64,000 nucleotides of DNA from Octopus bimaculoides (GCF_001194135.2 NC_068988.1:11165180-11229179); one strand, 5' to 3'. Numbered from the stretch's first letter, positions 23,956 through 37,900 are shown. The notes: generated by a model from the sequence alone, not told the origin. Numbers and translations: made by a program.

Positions 23956-25355
23956 TACCTTCCAGATATTCAATACATTGACAAAAGGAAGGCATTACAC
24001 TTGGAAAGGTATATCCTGTATATGTAGGTGCCGTCTTGCAGCAGTTGCTTTATTGTTCTGTTACTTCCTTTTCACATAGGTTTCTCTATTGTTTCTAGTA
24101 TAATTGGTGTCTAAGCAGAAGGCATTTCTCCGTATGTCTCTCACTATATCCTGCTCTCTTTCTTTACGTCATTTTGTTTTTATTTTCTCTACCTTTCGAA
24201 CTCTATCCTTTCCCCACTCTAGCTCCACCATCGCTACCTTCATTTGTCTCTCTCTATCTCTCTCTACCTTTCACACTATATCTTGCTCTCTTTCTCTCCC
24301 CGCACCCATTACTACCTATCTTCGTCTCTCTCTCTCTCTCTCCCTTTCCCTCTATTATAAGAAGTGGACGAGATGAAGAGTTTCCAAAGTAGCTAAACGA
24401 TTTATGAACACATTTATATAAGCGTCTTCTTTAATGGCTATATCATCGGTATAAATTCATTTAAATTTAAAGTTTGTTTAGTTTCACTTTTCATTACATT
24501 AAGATCTGCACTCAGACAATTTCCGTATTTATTTTGCTTTTAAATTTCAATATAAGTCGGTAGTTTGTTTTTAATTTTATTTGTGGCATCATGTTCTAAC
24601 ATGAAAACACGATTAACGAGAAATCAATGTCGCAGCGATATCAGTTTTGTTTTACTTGGTGATTAAGTACGTATTGTGTGTGTACACAGTCGAGTGACGA
24701 AGAACAAAGTCGCCAATAACCGATTCTTCTGATAGGTTATCAATCCATTGATTAGCTTTTTTTGTAATTTCAGCGAGTTAAGAACATATCATTCAACGTG
24801 CTTCAGAAATATTGGCTGACATAGTAAGCTAAAAAAACATAGAACGAGCCAAATTTCAACGTAATTGATCTGAAAACTGTTAGCACAAAAGACTAGTTGT
24901 TTCCAAAGTTTTCTACATATAAACAGTTTTTTTTGTTCTTCCAATTAATTAACTTATTATTCACAATAGCCTCATTAACACTAATGATAATACGAATCAA
25001 TGGATAAATGAATATTTTAGTTGTTCAAAGTACGATTTTGGCTGGTGTTTATACCGATTATTCGATTTATTAACGGCATTGTTGCTTAATTTTACAGAAT
25101 GGCTGCAGACAATATGACATTTAGAGGTAAACTGAATGTATTGAAGTTGAAACATAATAGCAGATATATGTTATAAATATTCACGTCCCACGAATAAACT
25201 ATAAATACTCATTATGTACATCCGGCTACTGCAGGAAAAATGACCGCGTTAGTAGATATCCTAGTAATGCTGCGGAAAATGCTAGAGAACAGAATAAGAC
25301 AGACGATGTTGTCTTCAAAGTTGTCTAAGAAACGCTAATGGAAATTTCAACCTAG

Positions 25356-25441
<86 letters not shown>

Positions 25442-25534
25442 CACACTAAGACTGTTTTAATAATTTTCTACATAAAAACAACAACAACAACAACAACAAC
25501 AAGAATACTAATAATAATAGTAATAATAATAATT

Positions 25535-25748
25535 CATACTTCTGGAAGCACGTGGCCTCAAATTTGGGCGAAGGGATTAAGTCGATTACATCGACCCCAG
25601 TGCGTACATGATACTTATTTCATCGACCCCCGAATGGATGAAAGGTAAAGTCGACCTCGGCGGAATTTGAACTCAGAACGTAACGGCAAAAGAAATACCG
25701 CTAAACATCTCGTCCGACGTGCTAACGATTCTGCCAGCTCGCCGCCTT
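25535..25748 (-). mobile_element. SINE family B, full length
   Basis: Reverse complement AAGGCGGCGAGCTGGCAGAATCGTTAGCACG...GAGTTCAAATTCCGCCGAGGTCGACTTTACCTTTCATCC...; microsatellites on both sides. Confidence 0.92.
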
Positions 25749-25750
25749 GA

Positions 25751-25889
<139 letters not shown>

Positions 25890-26432
25890 ACAAGTAAGTT
25901 TGTACAATTAAGTTATTGTTTGTTTTAGTTGGGTTGTATAGAAAGCTTTCGACACATCTCTGTAATCCTATCTATTTCGTTTTATGCGTTTTTATTTAGT
26001 TGATGTTTTTGGTAGCTTCACTTCAGGTTTAGGGTTACGTTTATCCTGGTTCTGGTGACCTAGTAGATCGGTTTTTAGAGAGTTTGTTCCAGCTGCAAAT
26101 ATTTCGACCCCGGTCTGGTTCGCAGCTGAGTAATGCGATCCTTGTCCCGTGTGATTTGATTTGTCATTAAGGCATTGACAGCGACGATAGGAAACGGATC
26201 TGTTTGTTCAGACATTTTGACCTGACGCTGCGTCCTTGTTCTTCGAATGGATATATTTATCATATCGCAGGATGATAGATCGAAAATCGCCTCTATTTCT
26301 TTTGTAACTGCATGCATATTGCGTAATGTACTGTCTGCCTGAAGTGTTTGTTGTGACTTGACAGACAGTACAAACACATGGTAGACATATATTCAATGAA
26401 CCACCTCAGGGTATTAGAAACTGTGCGACATC

Positions 26433-26435
<3 letters not shown>

Positions 26436-26501
<66 letters not shown>

Positions 26502-26552
26502 AAGAAGAAGAAGAAGAAGAAGAAGAAGAAGAAGAAGAAGAAGAAGAAGAAG

Positions 26553-26587
<35 letters not shown>

Positions 26588-26588
26588 C
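26436..26588. repeat. Compound (AAT)n(AAG)n(AAC)n microsatellite
   Basis: Directly visible. Confidence 0.97.
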
Positions 26589-26799
26589 CATAGTAATAGT
26601 ACTCCAATGCATTACCAGTGAGTGGCTGTTATGGCTTCTGGTCTTATCTGATTAGAACTATTAATATGTACACGTTTCGTCTTGTAACAGATTGCTTACA
26701 GCAAATACTCTGATCTATACAGCAGATTTGCTTGTTAGTTGCAAGCAGAAGAAAATCTGGACATGAAAACAAACGAATTCAGGAATGTGGATGGAATTT

Positions 26800-29010
26800 T
26801 ACTCAGAGGATAGACTCGGAATGTAAATCAAATATTGAAAGAATTTAAGATAGATAGATTGATTAAAGCTTGTATCATCTACAAAATAGACTTCGAACTA
26901 AACGTAGGCTTATCAGACTTAGACCTCGAGCCCAACCGTAAAAGAGGAAATGTAGCAAAAGTGCCTTGGCTGTAAAACAAGAATAATGCAATCAATGAAT
27001 ATGGTACGAGAACTTATCAAATCCCGAAAGGAATGAATTAGGGTGAAATCAGAAAGATGGAGAAATATCAGGAACTACAACCTAAGTATAGCAGCAAGAA
27101 AATAGGATAAATGTAACCCTTGAAGAGATGAAAAATAGACTACAGGCTACAGTTACAAAAAAGTTTAGAGATATGACCAAAGAATTGAACGATATAGAAT
27201 GAAGAAAGGAGGAGGTTTTAGATCAACATCAGGGATAATGGGAGAAATAAGAAAGATGCTGAATGGTCGAATGAATTGATATCTGACCAGACAAGAAAGG
27301 TTCCAAACTGGGAATGTCCAGACCTGGATGGGTTACAAGTGTATTGGCTAAAAAATTTCCCAGCATTACACAAAAGAATAAGTATGCAAATCGATAAAAT
27401 TATCGACAAGGTCGTGCAAAATTCCAAACTGGATGACCACAAGTGAAACGTTTCTTTGCCAAATTGATTACGGTAAAGGTAACGTACTCGATAATTACCG
27501 GTCTATCTCCTATCTACCATTGATGTGGATCGAGACGACAAAAGTGATTTGTAATAGCATGTATGCCTTCCTGATAATGAATGACAAACTGCCAGTGGAA
27601 CAGAAGGGTCGCAGGAGGAAAAGCCGAGGGGAAAAGTATCAACTACTCAGACAGAACGATGCTGAACAACGGGAAGAAATGATATACTAAACTGGGTGTG
27701 GCATGGACTGATTATAAGACATGGTCCTCGTTCCTGGATTTTATAAGCTCTTCAATTGGAACAGGTGTCTGATAACATTATAAATTTTATCAGGAGATCA
27801 ATAAAGAACTGGAATACAATGTTAATATCATGTGGAGATTTTAGCGGGGAGAGAGCTAACATAAAGAGAGGCATATTTCAGAGAGATAGTCAGTCGCCAC
27901 TGCTGTTTCTGATTTGTATATTACCCCTCATACAGATATTACGCAAAGTTACATCGAGGTACACCTTGAAAAGTGGAGAAAAGTTAAAACACTTGTTATA
28001 TATGGATGACTTAAAGTTCATCAATAAGTATGATCGTTAAATAAATCAACTGATTTCAACAGTGCAGATATTCAGTAAGAGGTACAGGATGGAATTAGGG
28101 GTTAAAAAGTATGGTATGCTTGTAAAAAAAGGGTAATGTAGTGTCATCTGATGGTGTAGAACTATCGAACATGGATCCATTTAAATATCTGGTTTATTTT
28201 GGAGTATGACAAAATCAATGAGAGTGAGATGAAAGAAAGCTTTAGATGAGAACACTTCAGAAGAACCAAATTAATTGCGGAAACTAGAAACAATGGGAAA
28301 AAAGACAAGATCAGGACAATTAATACATGGGCTGTTTCCTTAATGCGATACGCACCAGCTGTTGTTAGGTGGTTAAATAACGAGCGTAAAGAAAGACCTT
28401 GAAAAGCCAGGAAAATGATGTCAATGAACAAGGAACATGCACACTAAAAGTGATAATAGCAGGCTATATGTTCTTAGGTAAAACGGAGATGAGGCAAGAT
28501 CTGTGTTACCAATGAGGAAAATTGTCTGGCTTGGTACATGAAACAGTAGAGTGAAACATTGATTACGTCGCTAGAAATAGCAATACGGTACCAATTGGAA
28601 ATATGGCACACCTAAATAACGTTTAAGAAACAAGATGGAGAAGTAAGATTAAACAACTGGAAAATGAAAAACAAATGTATGGTGAAACCAAAGGTAAAGA
28701 TAACACCAATACTTGGAGGTGACAAAGAAAAAGTGATCTGGATGAATGCACTGAGGAACCGGATGCAGCTCTCAAGAAAAGTGGGGGCGAGAGAGAAGCA
28801 AGACGTGGTAATAGCACATATCATATAGAGTGTCGGAGACGTGAGCAGATGCTAGAGCATAACAGACCAGACTTAGTGGTGGTGGACAAGGTGCACCACA
28901 TACGCTATATAGTTGATATTGCGCGCCCCTTTGACCTACGAACAGTAAAAAAGGAAGAGGAAGCAATAGGTAACTACAGCCCTCTTAAGTACGAAATAGT
29001 CCGGCTGTGG
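26800..29010 (+). mobile_element. R4/Dong-type (RLE) non-LTR retrotransposon, long pseudogenised ORF (RT plus PD-D/E-xK endonuclease)
   Basis: Colinear motifs: KVPNW..PD.DG.QVYWLK, NYRSISYLPLMW, LPVEQKG.RRKSRG, IKRGIFQRDSQSPLLF, HLLYMDDLK (RT YMDD), INTWAVSLMRY, HNRPDLVVVDK...IVDIARPFD..VKKEEE...Y..LKYEIVRLW. Multiple stops and frameshifts; 3' end truncated. Confidence 0.92.
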
Positions 29011-30198
29011 AATGGTATTAGGGGAGTCAGTTTTTTAATTGTCATGTTCTTTTGTTTCAGATAGTGCATAAAACCTACAAGTGATTTGTATTTCCGCACT
29101 ATCTTCTGCACTTCATTCCCATCTGGTGTCGCTGTTCACTTGGAAACCGTCTAAGGTCGGATATTTAGTCCATTCTCTTAAGTTTCATCTCTTGCAGAAT
29201 GTCTACTCCAACCCAAATTGTTCGTTACAATCTATTTATACCAACTTGCTAGGTTCCCAAATCACACATTCCACCATTTACTAATTGTTTAGTACATTTG
29301 AGATTTTTAAGCGAATCATTTTCCATTCCATGTATCAGTCCAAATTCTTCAGTTGCTTCTGACCAAAAGTTTCCGTGTAGAAAATAATTAGGGACACCCA
29401 CAATAATGAGCATGCCCAACAAAAATCATTGACATTTGCAATACTTGCAAAAGAAATTACTCTGCTATGTTTTCACTGGTGCTGGTACCGTTGTTATCTG
29501 TTAATGGTGTTGTTACCTCTAATATATTTAGCCGTTTCATTACGCGAACAGGTTTACAAATTTGAGTGCTCAGGTAATTCCATGCGTTAAATGCTCTTTC
29601 GCTACAATTACTACTCCACCTATTTCCTTTGTCATGCTAATTGCTGTTGTTACTAGGAGTGCCTCGTGTCCTTATTGATATAGCTTGCCTTGACATCCAT
29701 ATGTAGTTAATATAAAGGCTGTTTGGCAGCATTCAGTTTAAAACGAACCTGGTATTCATTAGGTGTCCCCAACTATCTATGAGTAGCCTATCACATACAA
29801 TTCTGTTTACCATTGTCACGCTCACTAATAACTTTTCTCCGCATTGCGTTCTTCTTTCGGCAATTGAAATGTGGATCTGCAACCATATTAAGGTGGATAG
29901 CATTGTAAATAATTTTCTACTCACGATACGTAGTTTTAGTTTGCGTTCTCGTTCGTTTTGCGTCGGCACGATATGTTAGTCGCACGGAAACATACTTACG
30001 CTCATTTTGATGCTACGAGAGAAAGACACAATCACAAGTGTCTGCACACGGGTTTGCATGAACATGTATGCATATAAATATAAACATAGACATACATACA
30101 CACAAGTGCACACATACATACCCGCAAGCATACACACACAGACACACACACACACACATATAAATATACCTATGTGCCTGTCTGTGTCTGTGTGTATG

Positions 30199-30275
<77 letters not shown>

Positions 30276-31149
30276 GTATATATGCACCTATTGCTGTATA
30301 CTTCATTAAATTTGCATATGTATTTACTTGTGTGTGCTGCGTACAATATATATTTACATACAAATATACTTATACATATCTATATGTATATGTACGTATA
30401 TATACACGCAAGTGCATATATAAAGACTCAATATGTACTCACATGCATGCATACATAGGTTACGTATAAGTGATATCAATATGCTTTTATATTTAAAATA
30501 ATATAAATAATATAATTACATTAATCATATTTATTATATGAATATTTTTCATAATGTAATTTAATACAAACTGAAATGAGACACACAGCCATATCGGAAT
30601 TTAATCCAACCATAAGACGTCGGAAAATTCACCAAAACTATAAAATGTAAAACCAAATTTCCAGAGTAAACAAATAAACAAAGATAGATTGTTAAACATT
30701 TGAAGATTGATAAACAACTATCTGATATTACATTAGAGATGAACCAATGTGCACTGAAAAATATTTGGCGTCACTAGGAACGACTTCAAGTTTAATAGGA
30801 ATATTGAAAATAATCAATTTCTCATATGTGCAAATGATTGGAAGGTTCTAGAAATTATTGGAGAAGAATTGATTTGAAACTAGTGGGAATAGATTTCATT
30901 GCAATTGAAGGTAGATTATATCAAGGTAAAACAGCATATAGCATTAATATTACGACATTAATAATAGAAGGTAATGTTATTCGAGACGTAGTAAGAAGAC
31001 AAGAGAATAACATAAATATATCTATATAAATTACTATTGTATACAATAGTCTGTGAAATAACGGAAGACGCCGGAATCGATATGAAAAAATAAATGATTC
31101 TCAACAGAAATCGTCTGAAAGCAAACGCACATTAACGTAAAAATAAAGC

Positions 31150-31520
31150 ACATTGCAATAATATATGAAATGCAAAATAAAATGTCTAAAATATCGACAA
31201 CAAAGAAATGAGCAAATCTATGCAAAAAGCATAAATGTATAGACGAACACAAAACTTAACGAAATTAAAGAATTTCTTATTGAATTGGGGAAAGTGAAAA
31301 CAAGAGAATAAAGACTTTTGGGAGAGAGGTTGGGGAGAAAAACAAAATAATATATTCGGTGAAAACAAATAGTTTATAAGGAGTTGAACAAACAAAACTA
31401 TAAACGTACAATATTTTGTATCGTCAAAAGAAGACTTAGACATTTGAAAGAAAAAACATAGCATCGGAAAGAGAAAACATAAAATGATATAAAATAAACA
31501 ACATGGTTAAAGGAATAGAA
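31150..31520 (+). mobile_element. Decayed N-terminal remnant of an R4/Dong-type ORF
   Basis: KQNNIFGEN../FYKELNKQ and TWLK resemble the QN.LF..N...FYKEL...W.....A.WL region upstream of the RT; A-rich strand. Confidence 0.35.
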
Positions 31521-32604
31521 AGACGGAATATGTTCCATACCACAACAAAATACTCAGAAATATCACAGCGGTTGTGCTGATGTTAATCATGTCAGGAAAG
31601 AGAAAGAAAAAAAAGAAAAACGAAAACATTTTCGAAGTGTTGTGTGAAGCACCTAGACAGTCTTCATACTTCCATTGCCCAAAGCGTTAGAAAAATCATT
31701 GTTAACAGAGAATACAACTATTTAATTATCTAAAAACCAAGAATACAAATATTCCCAAAAGAATTCCGACCCTTTGCAAAGGTCTAAAAATAAATAAGAC
31801 AAAGAAACAAACAAGACACTTTTACCTGGAAAAATTGAGGATGCAGGAAATAATTGAAGGGAAAAAATACCTACGGCGTGGGTATTTTCAAAGATCTTTT
31901 ATGAGATTTTTGAGAACTAACGTGTCTAACTGGTTAGCAAACAGAAGACTGTATCGCAGCTGGGAAACTTTAACTACGTAAATGAATTAAATCGACAATA
32001 GAAAATTTCAGCGTGATTTACTTTTACTGTTAGTTTTATTTAGTTCTTCTGCTTCTGGTGAAGTTAAGAATTGTAAAGGGTGCTAAACTCTAAAGCAACA
32101 ATATTCTCTAGAGTCATACATGTTTACATGATGCATCTTGCATAGTACTTCAGATAAACGTTTATATTTGGAAAAAAACTTTTATTTGATTTAAAACTGT
32201 TTACTTCCGTTATTTTCATGGACGTTCTTCTTAGCATGAGATCCATTGGTAGTTTTCTGTAAGGCAATACTGATCATAATAGTAAACAATGCAACTTTAT
32301 GCGGCAACGACACACGCATGATAGTTATTAAATAAGTACACAAACATTGATTCAGAGTTTGTAGAAAAATAAGGTCTCTGTTCAAAGAGAGTTTGTCTAT
32401 GTAACGTCTTCAAAAGGATTGTTTTAAATTTTTAAAAATTCCAAACATAGTTGTCTTGCTTGCTGTGTTGTAGTATATATAATCAACGTGAATGCTTCTG
32501 ACGGACGAACTCTTCTTCACATAAATATTTTCGAATACACATAAGTTAAAAGAATTTGGCGTAGGCATTATATCATTATAAATTTTATAACATTAGTCTT
32601 TTTA

Positions 32605-32780
32605 AAATTTGGCACAAGGATAGCAGTTTCGGGGTTAGGGTAAGTCAATAACAGTGACGCCAGTGATAAACTGATACTTATTTTATCGACCCCGAGAGGA
32701 TGAAATGTAAAGTCGACCTCGGAGGAATTTGAACTTCAAACGAAATACCGTTAAGCATTGTGGCTGACGGGATAACGCTG
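32605..32780 (-). mobile_element. SINE family B, diverged
   Basis: TACTTATTTTATCGACCCCGAGAGGATGAAATGTAAAGTCGACCTCGGAGGAATTTGAAC is the reverse complement of the central domain and B-box. Confidence 0.85.
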
Positions 32781-33195
32781 CAGTCAGATCGCTGCCTTAA
32801 GCATTATAGTAATAATAATGTAAATACATAGCATTTGATTATATGAAGTTAGTTGAGTTCTAGGCTGGAAATAAATATTTGATTCTAAATTCTAACTATT
32901 CTTGTTATCTTCCAAGAAACCTTATAATTGTTTATGTAAAACGAAAGCATTTGGGTCCCAGTACTCCCGTCGTCTACTGTGAAAATCCTGCTGCGTTTCT
33001 ATTTGGTCACGCGACAACGGATTGTGCATTCGTTGGAGCGAAAAGCTGCTTCTGCTTACACTTTTGCTTTATAGTTATTGTCATTGATATTGTTGTTGTT
33101 ACTGTTGCTGTTCAATCCAAGAAGACATTGTTTTTGTGTTCAGAGAGTTTGACCAAAGATTACCTAGGATTATTTATAGCTCTTATAATCAACAT

Positions 33196-33352
33196 ACGCA
33201 GGCATGGGTCTTGGGATAAGAAGCTCAGTTTGCAATCACCTGGTTTTGAGTTGTGCCCCGTTGATCGGTTTTGCTGTCTTTCACTTTAACACCAAGCTCA
33301 TCAAAGCCTTGTGACTAAGTTGATTAGACGAAAACAGTATGGTCGGCCATCG
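33196..33352 (+). mobile_element. Decayed 5' half of SINE family A
   Basis: GATAAGAAGC...CAAAGCCTTGTGA...TAGACGAAAAC, followed by (TA)n(TG)n. Confidence 0.5.
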
Positions 33353-33969
33353 TTTTATATATATATATATATATATACATAAAAGTGTGTGTGTGTGTGT
33401 GTGTGTGCGCGTGTGTTACAAATTCGAGTGTTTTTGTGTATTAGTTTGTCCCCCACGGCAAAGATGATATCGGTGGGACTCAAAGCATTATTGTTAAAAC
33501 GGAACACATGAAAATATAGCTTCGGCTTTCCAACAACTCGGCAAATACACCACATATTTTAAAATATTGGAAATGAACCAAAAACGCATAAACCATCAGT
33601 ATATTGACGTAGAAGCAACAGCTGGTCTTAAAATCCATTTGTTTGAGAACGTTATTCATCTCTGCAAGAAACGATCTGAAGAAGTTAATATTATTCCATG
33701 ACACGCACGTGTCATTCTGAAGAACATTGAAGACGTTTTCTTATACAGATTTCAAGAATCGTTCATTGGAAATGGTTTCCAGGTATAGACACATACTCGT
33801 GACAGGAGTTTACTTCACAACTCTAAGCTAATCGAATATCTGTCATTTGCAACATAACTTTACAGTTTAGCTTTGCTATAGTTAGGTTGATTAACCGAAA
33901 GACAGTTACAGTAGAGGTCTTCTCTTATCTCTCTTACTTACCTGACAGCTGATGCACATATACATATAT

Positions 33970-34810
33970 NNNNNNNNNNNNNNNNNNNNNNNNNNNNNNN
34001 NNNNNNNNNNNNNNNNNNNNNNNNNNNNNNNNNNNNNNNNNNNNNNNNNNNNNNNNNNNNNNNNNNNNNNNNNNNNNNNNNNNNNNNNNNNNNNNNNNNN
34101 NNNNNNNNNNNNNNNNNNNNNNNNNNNNNNNNNNNNNNNNNNNNNNNNNNNNNNNNNNNNNNNNNNNNNNNNNNNNNNNNNNNNNNNNNNNNNNNNNNNN
34201 NNNNNNNNNNNNNNNNNNNNNNNNNNNNNNNNNNNNNNNNNNNNNNNNNNNNNNNNNNNNNNNNNNNNNNNNNNNNNNNNNNNNNNNNNNNNNNNNNNNN
34301 NNNNNNNNNNNNNNNNNNNNNNNNNNNNNNNNNNNNNNNNNNNNNNNNNNNNNNNNNNNNNNNNNNNNNNNNNNNNNNNNNNNNNNNNNNNNNNNNNNNN
34401 NNNNNNNNNNNNNNNNNNNNNNNNNNNNNNNNNNNNNNNNNNNNNNNNNNNNNNNNNNNNNNNNNNNNNNNNNNNNNNNNNNNNNNNNNNNNNNNNNNNN
34501 NNNNNNNNNNNNNNNNNNNNNNNNNNNNNNNNNNNNNNNNNNNNNNNNNNNNNNNNNNNNNNNNNNNNNNNNNNNNNNNNNNNNNNNNNNNNNNNNNNNN
34601 NNNNNNNNNNNNNNNNNNNNNNNNNNNNNNNNNNNNNNNNNNNNNNNNNNNNNNNNNNNNNNNNNNNNNNNNNNNNNNNNNNNNNNNNNNNNNNNNNNNN
34701 NNNNNNNNNNNNNNNNNNNNNNNNNNNNNNNNNNNNNNNNNNNNNNNNNNNNNNNNNNNNNNNNNNNNNNNNNNNNNNNNNNNNNNNNNNNNNNNNNNNN
34801 NNNNNNNNNN
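33970..34810. other. Assembly gap (841 N), (TA)n-flanked
   Basis: Run of N. Confidence 1.
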
Positions 34811-35362
34811 ATATATATATATATATATACATCTTATGTAACCTCAAAAAAGTCTACGTTACAGGGAAACAGGTATTTTCGTTCGTCTTTCTTTTACATT
34901 GTTTAATGCAGTTCTTTATTGCATTTGTTCGCGTTTCATTGCACAGAAACGTGACGAGGTTTCTAAATGCATTCTTATATATTGCAGTCTATGTTTTGAT
35001 CCCGCTGTTTACAGCAGTGCACTACACATCATCGAATAACCACAATTTACTTCTATTTTAGAGCTAAGTTGATTATCGTGAAAATATATGTAGTGTTTTG
35101 TGATCTGTATAGACAAAGTAAAAAGAAAACTGCTTCTAACTACATCAAATGTGGCTCAACAGCATCACCGACGTCAGTGTTTTCTGAGTATAACCATAAG
35201 GTTTCGAGAGCTACTGTCCAGTGGAGGTGGGGTTGAGATGGAATTAATTTGAAATTGCATTTCATCTATTGAAAAATATGTCATATTGGAGAATATAATC
35301 TCATGCCCTAGATACATTTTAAGATGTAAAATAAGATGTTTAAGATTAGAAAGCTTTGATTA

Positions 35363-35884
35363 TATGAAGTGGCATCAAACCACTCCCGGACTAGTTCTGT
35401 AGTTCACCAACAGGTGGCAGCACATAGTTGCCTGCGCAATGAGAGCTGGCAGTTACCTTTATGAGGTTGTGTTCCTGTGTTTACTTCGCAAGTTGTGAAA
35501 TTTGTTTTTGTGATCACGTGTATGCTATAGCCTGTGGTTTTGTCAAGGGCAGAAAACTGGAAGAAAGGACCAACGTGAAATTCTGCATCAAACTTGAGAG
35601 GTTACCTACAGAGACATTTAACATGCTTCGGCAAACGTGCGATGACGAGACAATAGGTCGTTCGCAATGTTTCGAGTGGCGCGGGTGCTTCAAAAACGGA
35701 AGAACGTTCCTAGATGATGATATTCTGGAAGACCTCCCGCGAACGTAAGACCTCCCGCGATGAATTGTCTCCCGTTTATGTGGAGACAATTCATCAGCCT
35801 GTGCATGAGGATCGTCGGAGGTCAATCAACGGCATTGCTGGTCTGTCGTATGGGTCCGTGCACTCAATCGTAACATCTGAATTG
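35363..35884 (+). mobile_element. 5' part of a mariner transposon, with an N-terminal HTH transposase pseudogene
   Basis: KLEERTNVKFCIKLERLPTETFNMLRQTCDDETIGRSQCFEWRGCFKNGRTFLDDD and VETIHQPVHEDRRRSINGIAGLSYGSVHSIVTSEL match the mariner N-terminus (EQR..+KFC.KL....TETF.ML...Y...SR...FEW...FK.GR..L.DD; V..DRR......GSV..I); frameshifted, catalytic domain absent. Confidence 0.88.
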
Positions 35885-36789
35885 AAAAGCTCAAGTAAAA
35901 GAAATTGTTTTTTAACAACATAAGATTTCCTGAAAGCTGAGAAAGTTCACTCCATTGAAAATATATAGTGTAGGCAATGTGACGTATTGTTGCACATTAA
36001 TCATGAAATTATTTCTGAAGTATCGGCCTAGAAGTGGAATATATGTGACGAGCAGATTCCTACATATGTCAGTTTGTCTTCAAAGATTTCATTGTTTACT
36101 CACGGAGAGCCTTGATTAAACGTCCATGCTATCAGAATGATTTCACTCGAGATCGAAGTTATTTTGATTTTCATGACATCTGTGTATACAAGAAGATTAT
36201 TATACAACGTGAAATTCTTCTTTAATAGGGCAATGATTCTGAGGATATTTCGTTACTATATTGTTGATCAGGTTGATAGGAAGTGGTTGTGAACAATGCA
36301 CCCACAGGTTATCGGAAAATAGTGAGATACACACAGTTGATATTGTCTTTAACAATTGCAAAGTGATGGTTACAGGGAATTCACGACCAAGGATACAGTT
36401 CCATTGTATTGGGATTCTGTAGCGGAAGGACAAAATAGAATGGTCACAGAGATGATATAATAGAGGTGCCACCAGCAGTAAATGCTCGCAATTTGATGCA
36501 AAAGCTATGATAAAAACACAGCAACGTCCATAGAGAATTCATTAAATTGCACCATTCTTAGACAATATAATTAATCTTACATTTTTGAAATGTAATTGGA
36601 AATGGAGAGATAGAGAGTGAAAGATTAAACTGACAACTGAAAACAAGATACCAATTTTTCTCGGCGTGTTAATGAGTCTACCAGCTGGCCGCGTTAGTGA
36701 TATAGTAATGACAATATAAGAGCTATATAATGATATTATATGTAGTGATTAGAAGCATATAAATAACGTAGTCGTAATGAAACAGCAAT

Positions 36790-36992
36790 ATTGGCTTCTA
36801 ATTTTGGCACAAGTCCAGCAATGAAGAAGGAGGGTGTTAGTCGATTACATCGACCCCAGTACACCACTGGTATTTCTTTTATCCACCTCAAAAAGATAAA
36901 GTCAATTTTGATGGAATTTGAACACAAAAGACGGACAAAAACTCCGTTAATGATTTTTACCGGAAACGGTAACGATTCTACCAGTTCGTTGC
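36790..36992 (-). mobile_element. SINE family B, diverged
   Basis: AGTCGATTACATCGACCCCAGT...GGAATTTGAAC...AACGATTCTACCAGTTCG. Confidence 0.8.
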
Positions 36993-37734
36993 CTTTAATA
37001 ATATTATAGTAATATAATAATGATTGTGACATAGCGCCATTTTCAAATTGATAATTATATTATGTTGATTCGTCACCGTCGTAGTTAATCTTTAACTTGA
37101 ACTACATATGAAATGGTTTTGTAATAGCGAAATCATCATTCATATTAGAAGCTAATTATTTACACAGGTTTTGGTCGATCACCTTCAGGGGAATAAACAA
37201 GTTTTAAATACGAGTAATATCGGTCACTTTTTGTTTCCAAATATATATTGTTTGTCTATTGATCTTTCTTCAAATATTAGTTTTCATTTATATCCATCAG
37301 TTTATTCGATAAATTCTAATTACAATAATTATTTGTTTTGAATCAGGTGGGATCCTAAAATATTGAAATATCCAATGTGTTTTCGATATGAATGTTTGTT
37401 CGATGCATTTGTGACGTCATGAATGCTAACATATTTTTAATCATCATAAAGCTGTATTTAGATTTTTATTATTTTATAATCCCGCTGCAATGTATTTATG
37501 AGTTAATTCGCTTGCATTAATTATTCAGAAATAGTAAAACATTTTATGGAAAGCAATTATATCGTGGAATTAGAATTTTAGGGTTCTAAAGGTCCATATT
37601 ATCAGTTAAATTCACTTTCCGTTTATTTTTATTGGAACTGTCTATTATGAAGTGTCAAAAATATTTGTCCTATTTCTGCAGACTTTGGTTGCAAAGCGAT
37701 TTCCTTAACTGCACGGCTACACGTGCATCTATTA

Positions 37735-37900
37735 TTTTCCATTTCTATTTTATGTTCTAATTCGAAATACCGTCGAGGCCCATTTTGCCTTTCATCTATT
37801 TGAGGTCGTTAAAACAAATAGCATTCGAGTACTGGGATTGATGTTATCGATTTATCCGCCCCCACCCCGAAATTGCTGGAGTTGTGCCAACATTTGAAAT
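37735..37900 (+). mobile_element. SINE family B, old, 5'-truncated
   Basis: TTTTGCCTTTCATC..TTTGAGGTCG...ACTGGGATTGATGTTATCGA. Confidence 0.7.

Noticed and set aside
33470-33480. TCGGTGGGACT resembling the 5' end of miR-278
   Set aside because: Only 11 nt match, the rest diverges, no hairpin, and it lies beside a SINE remnant
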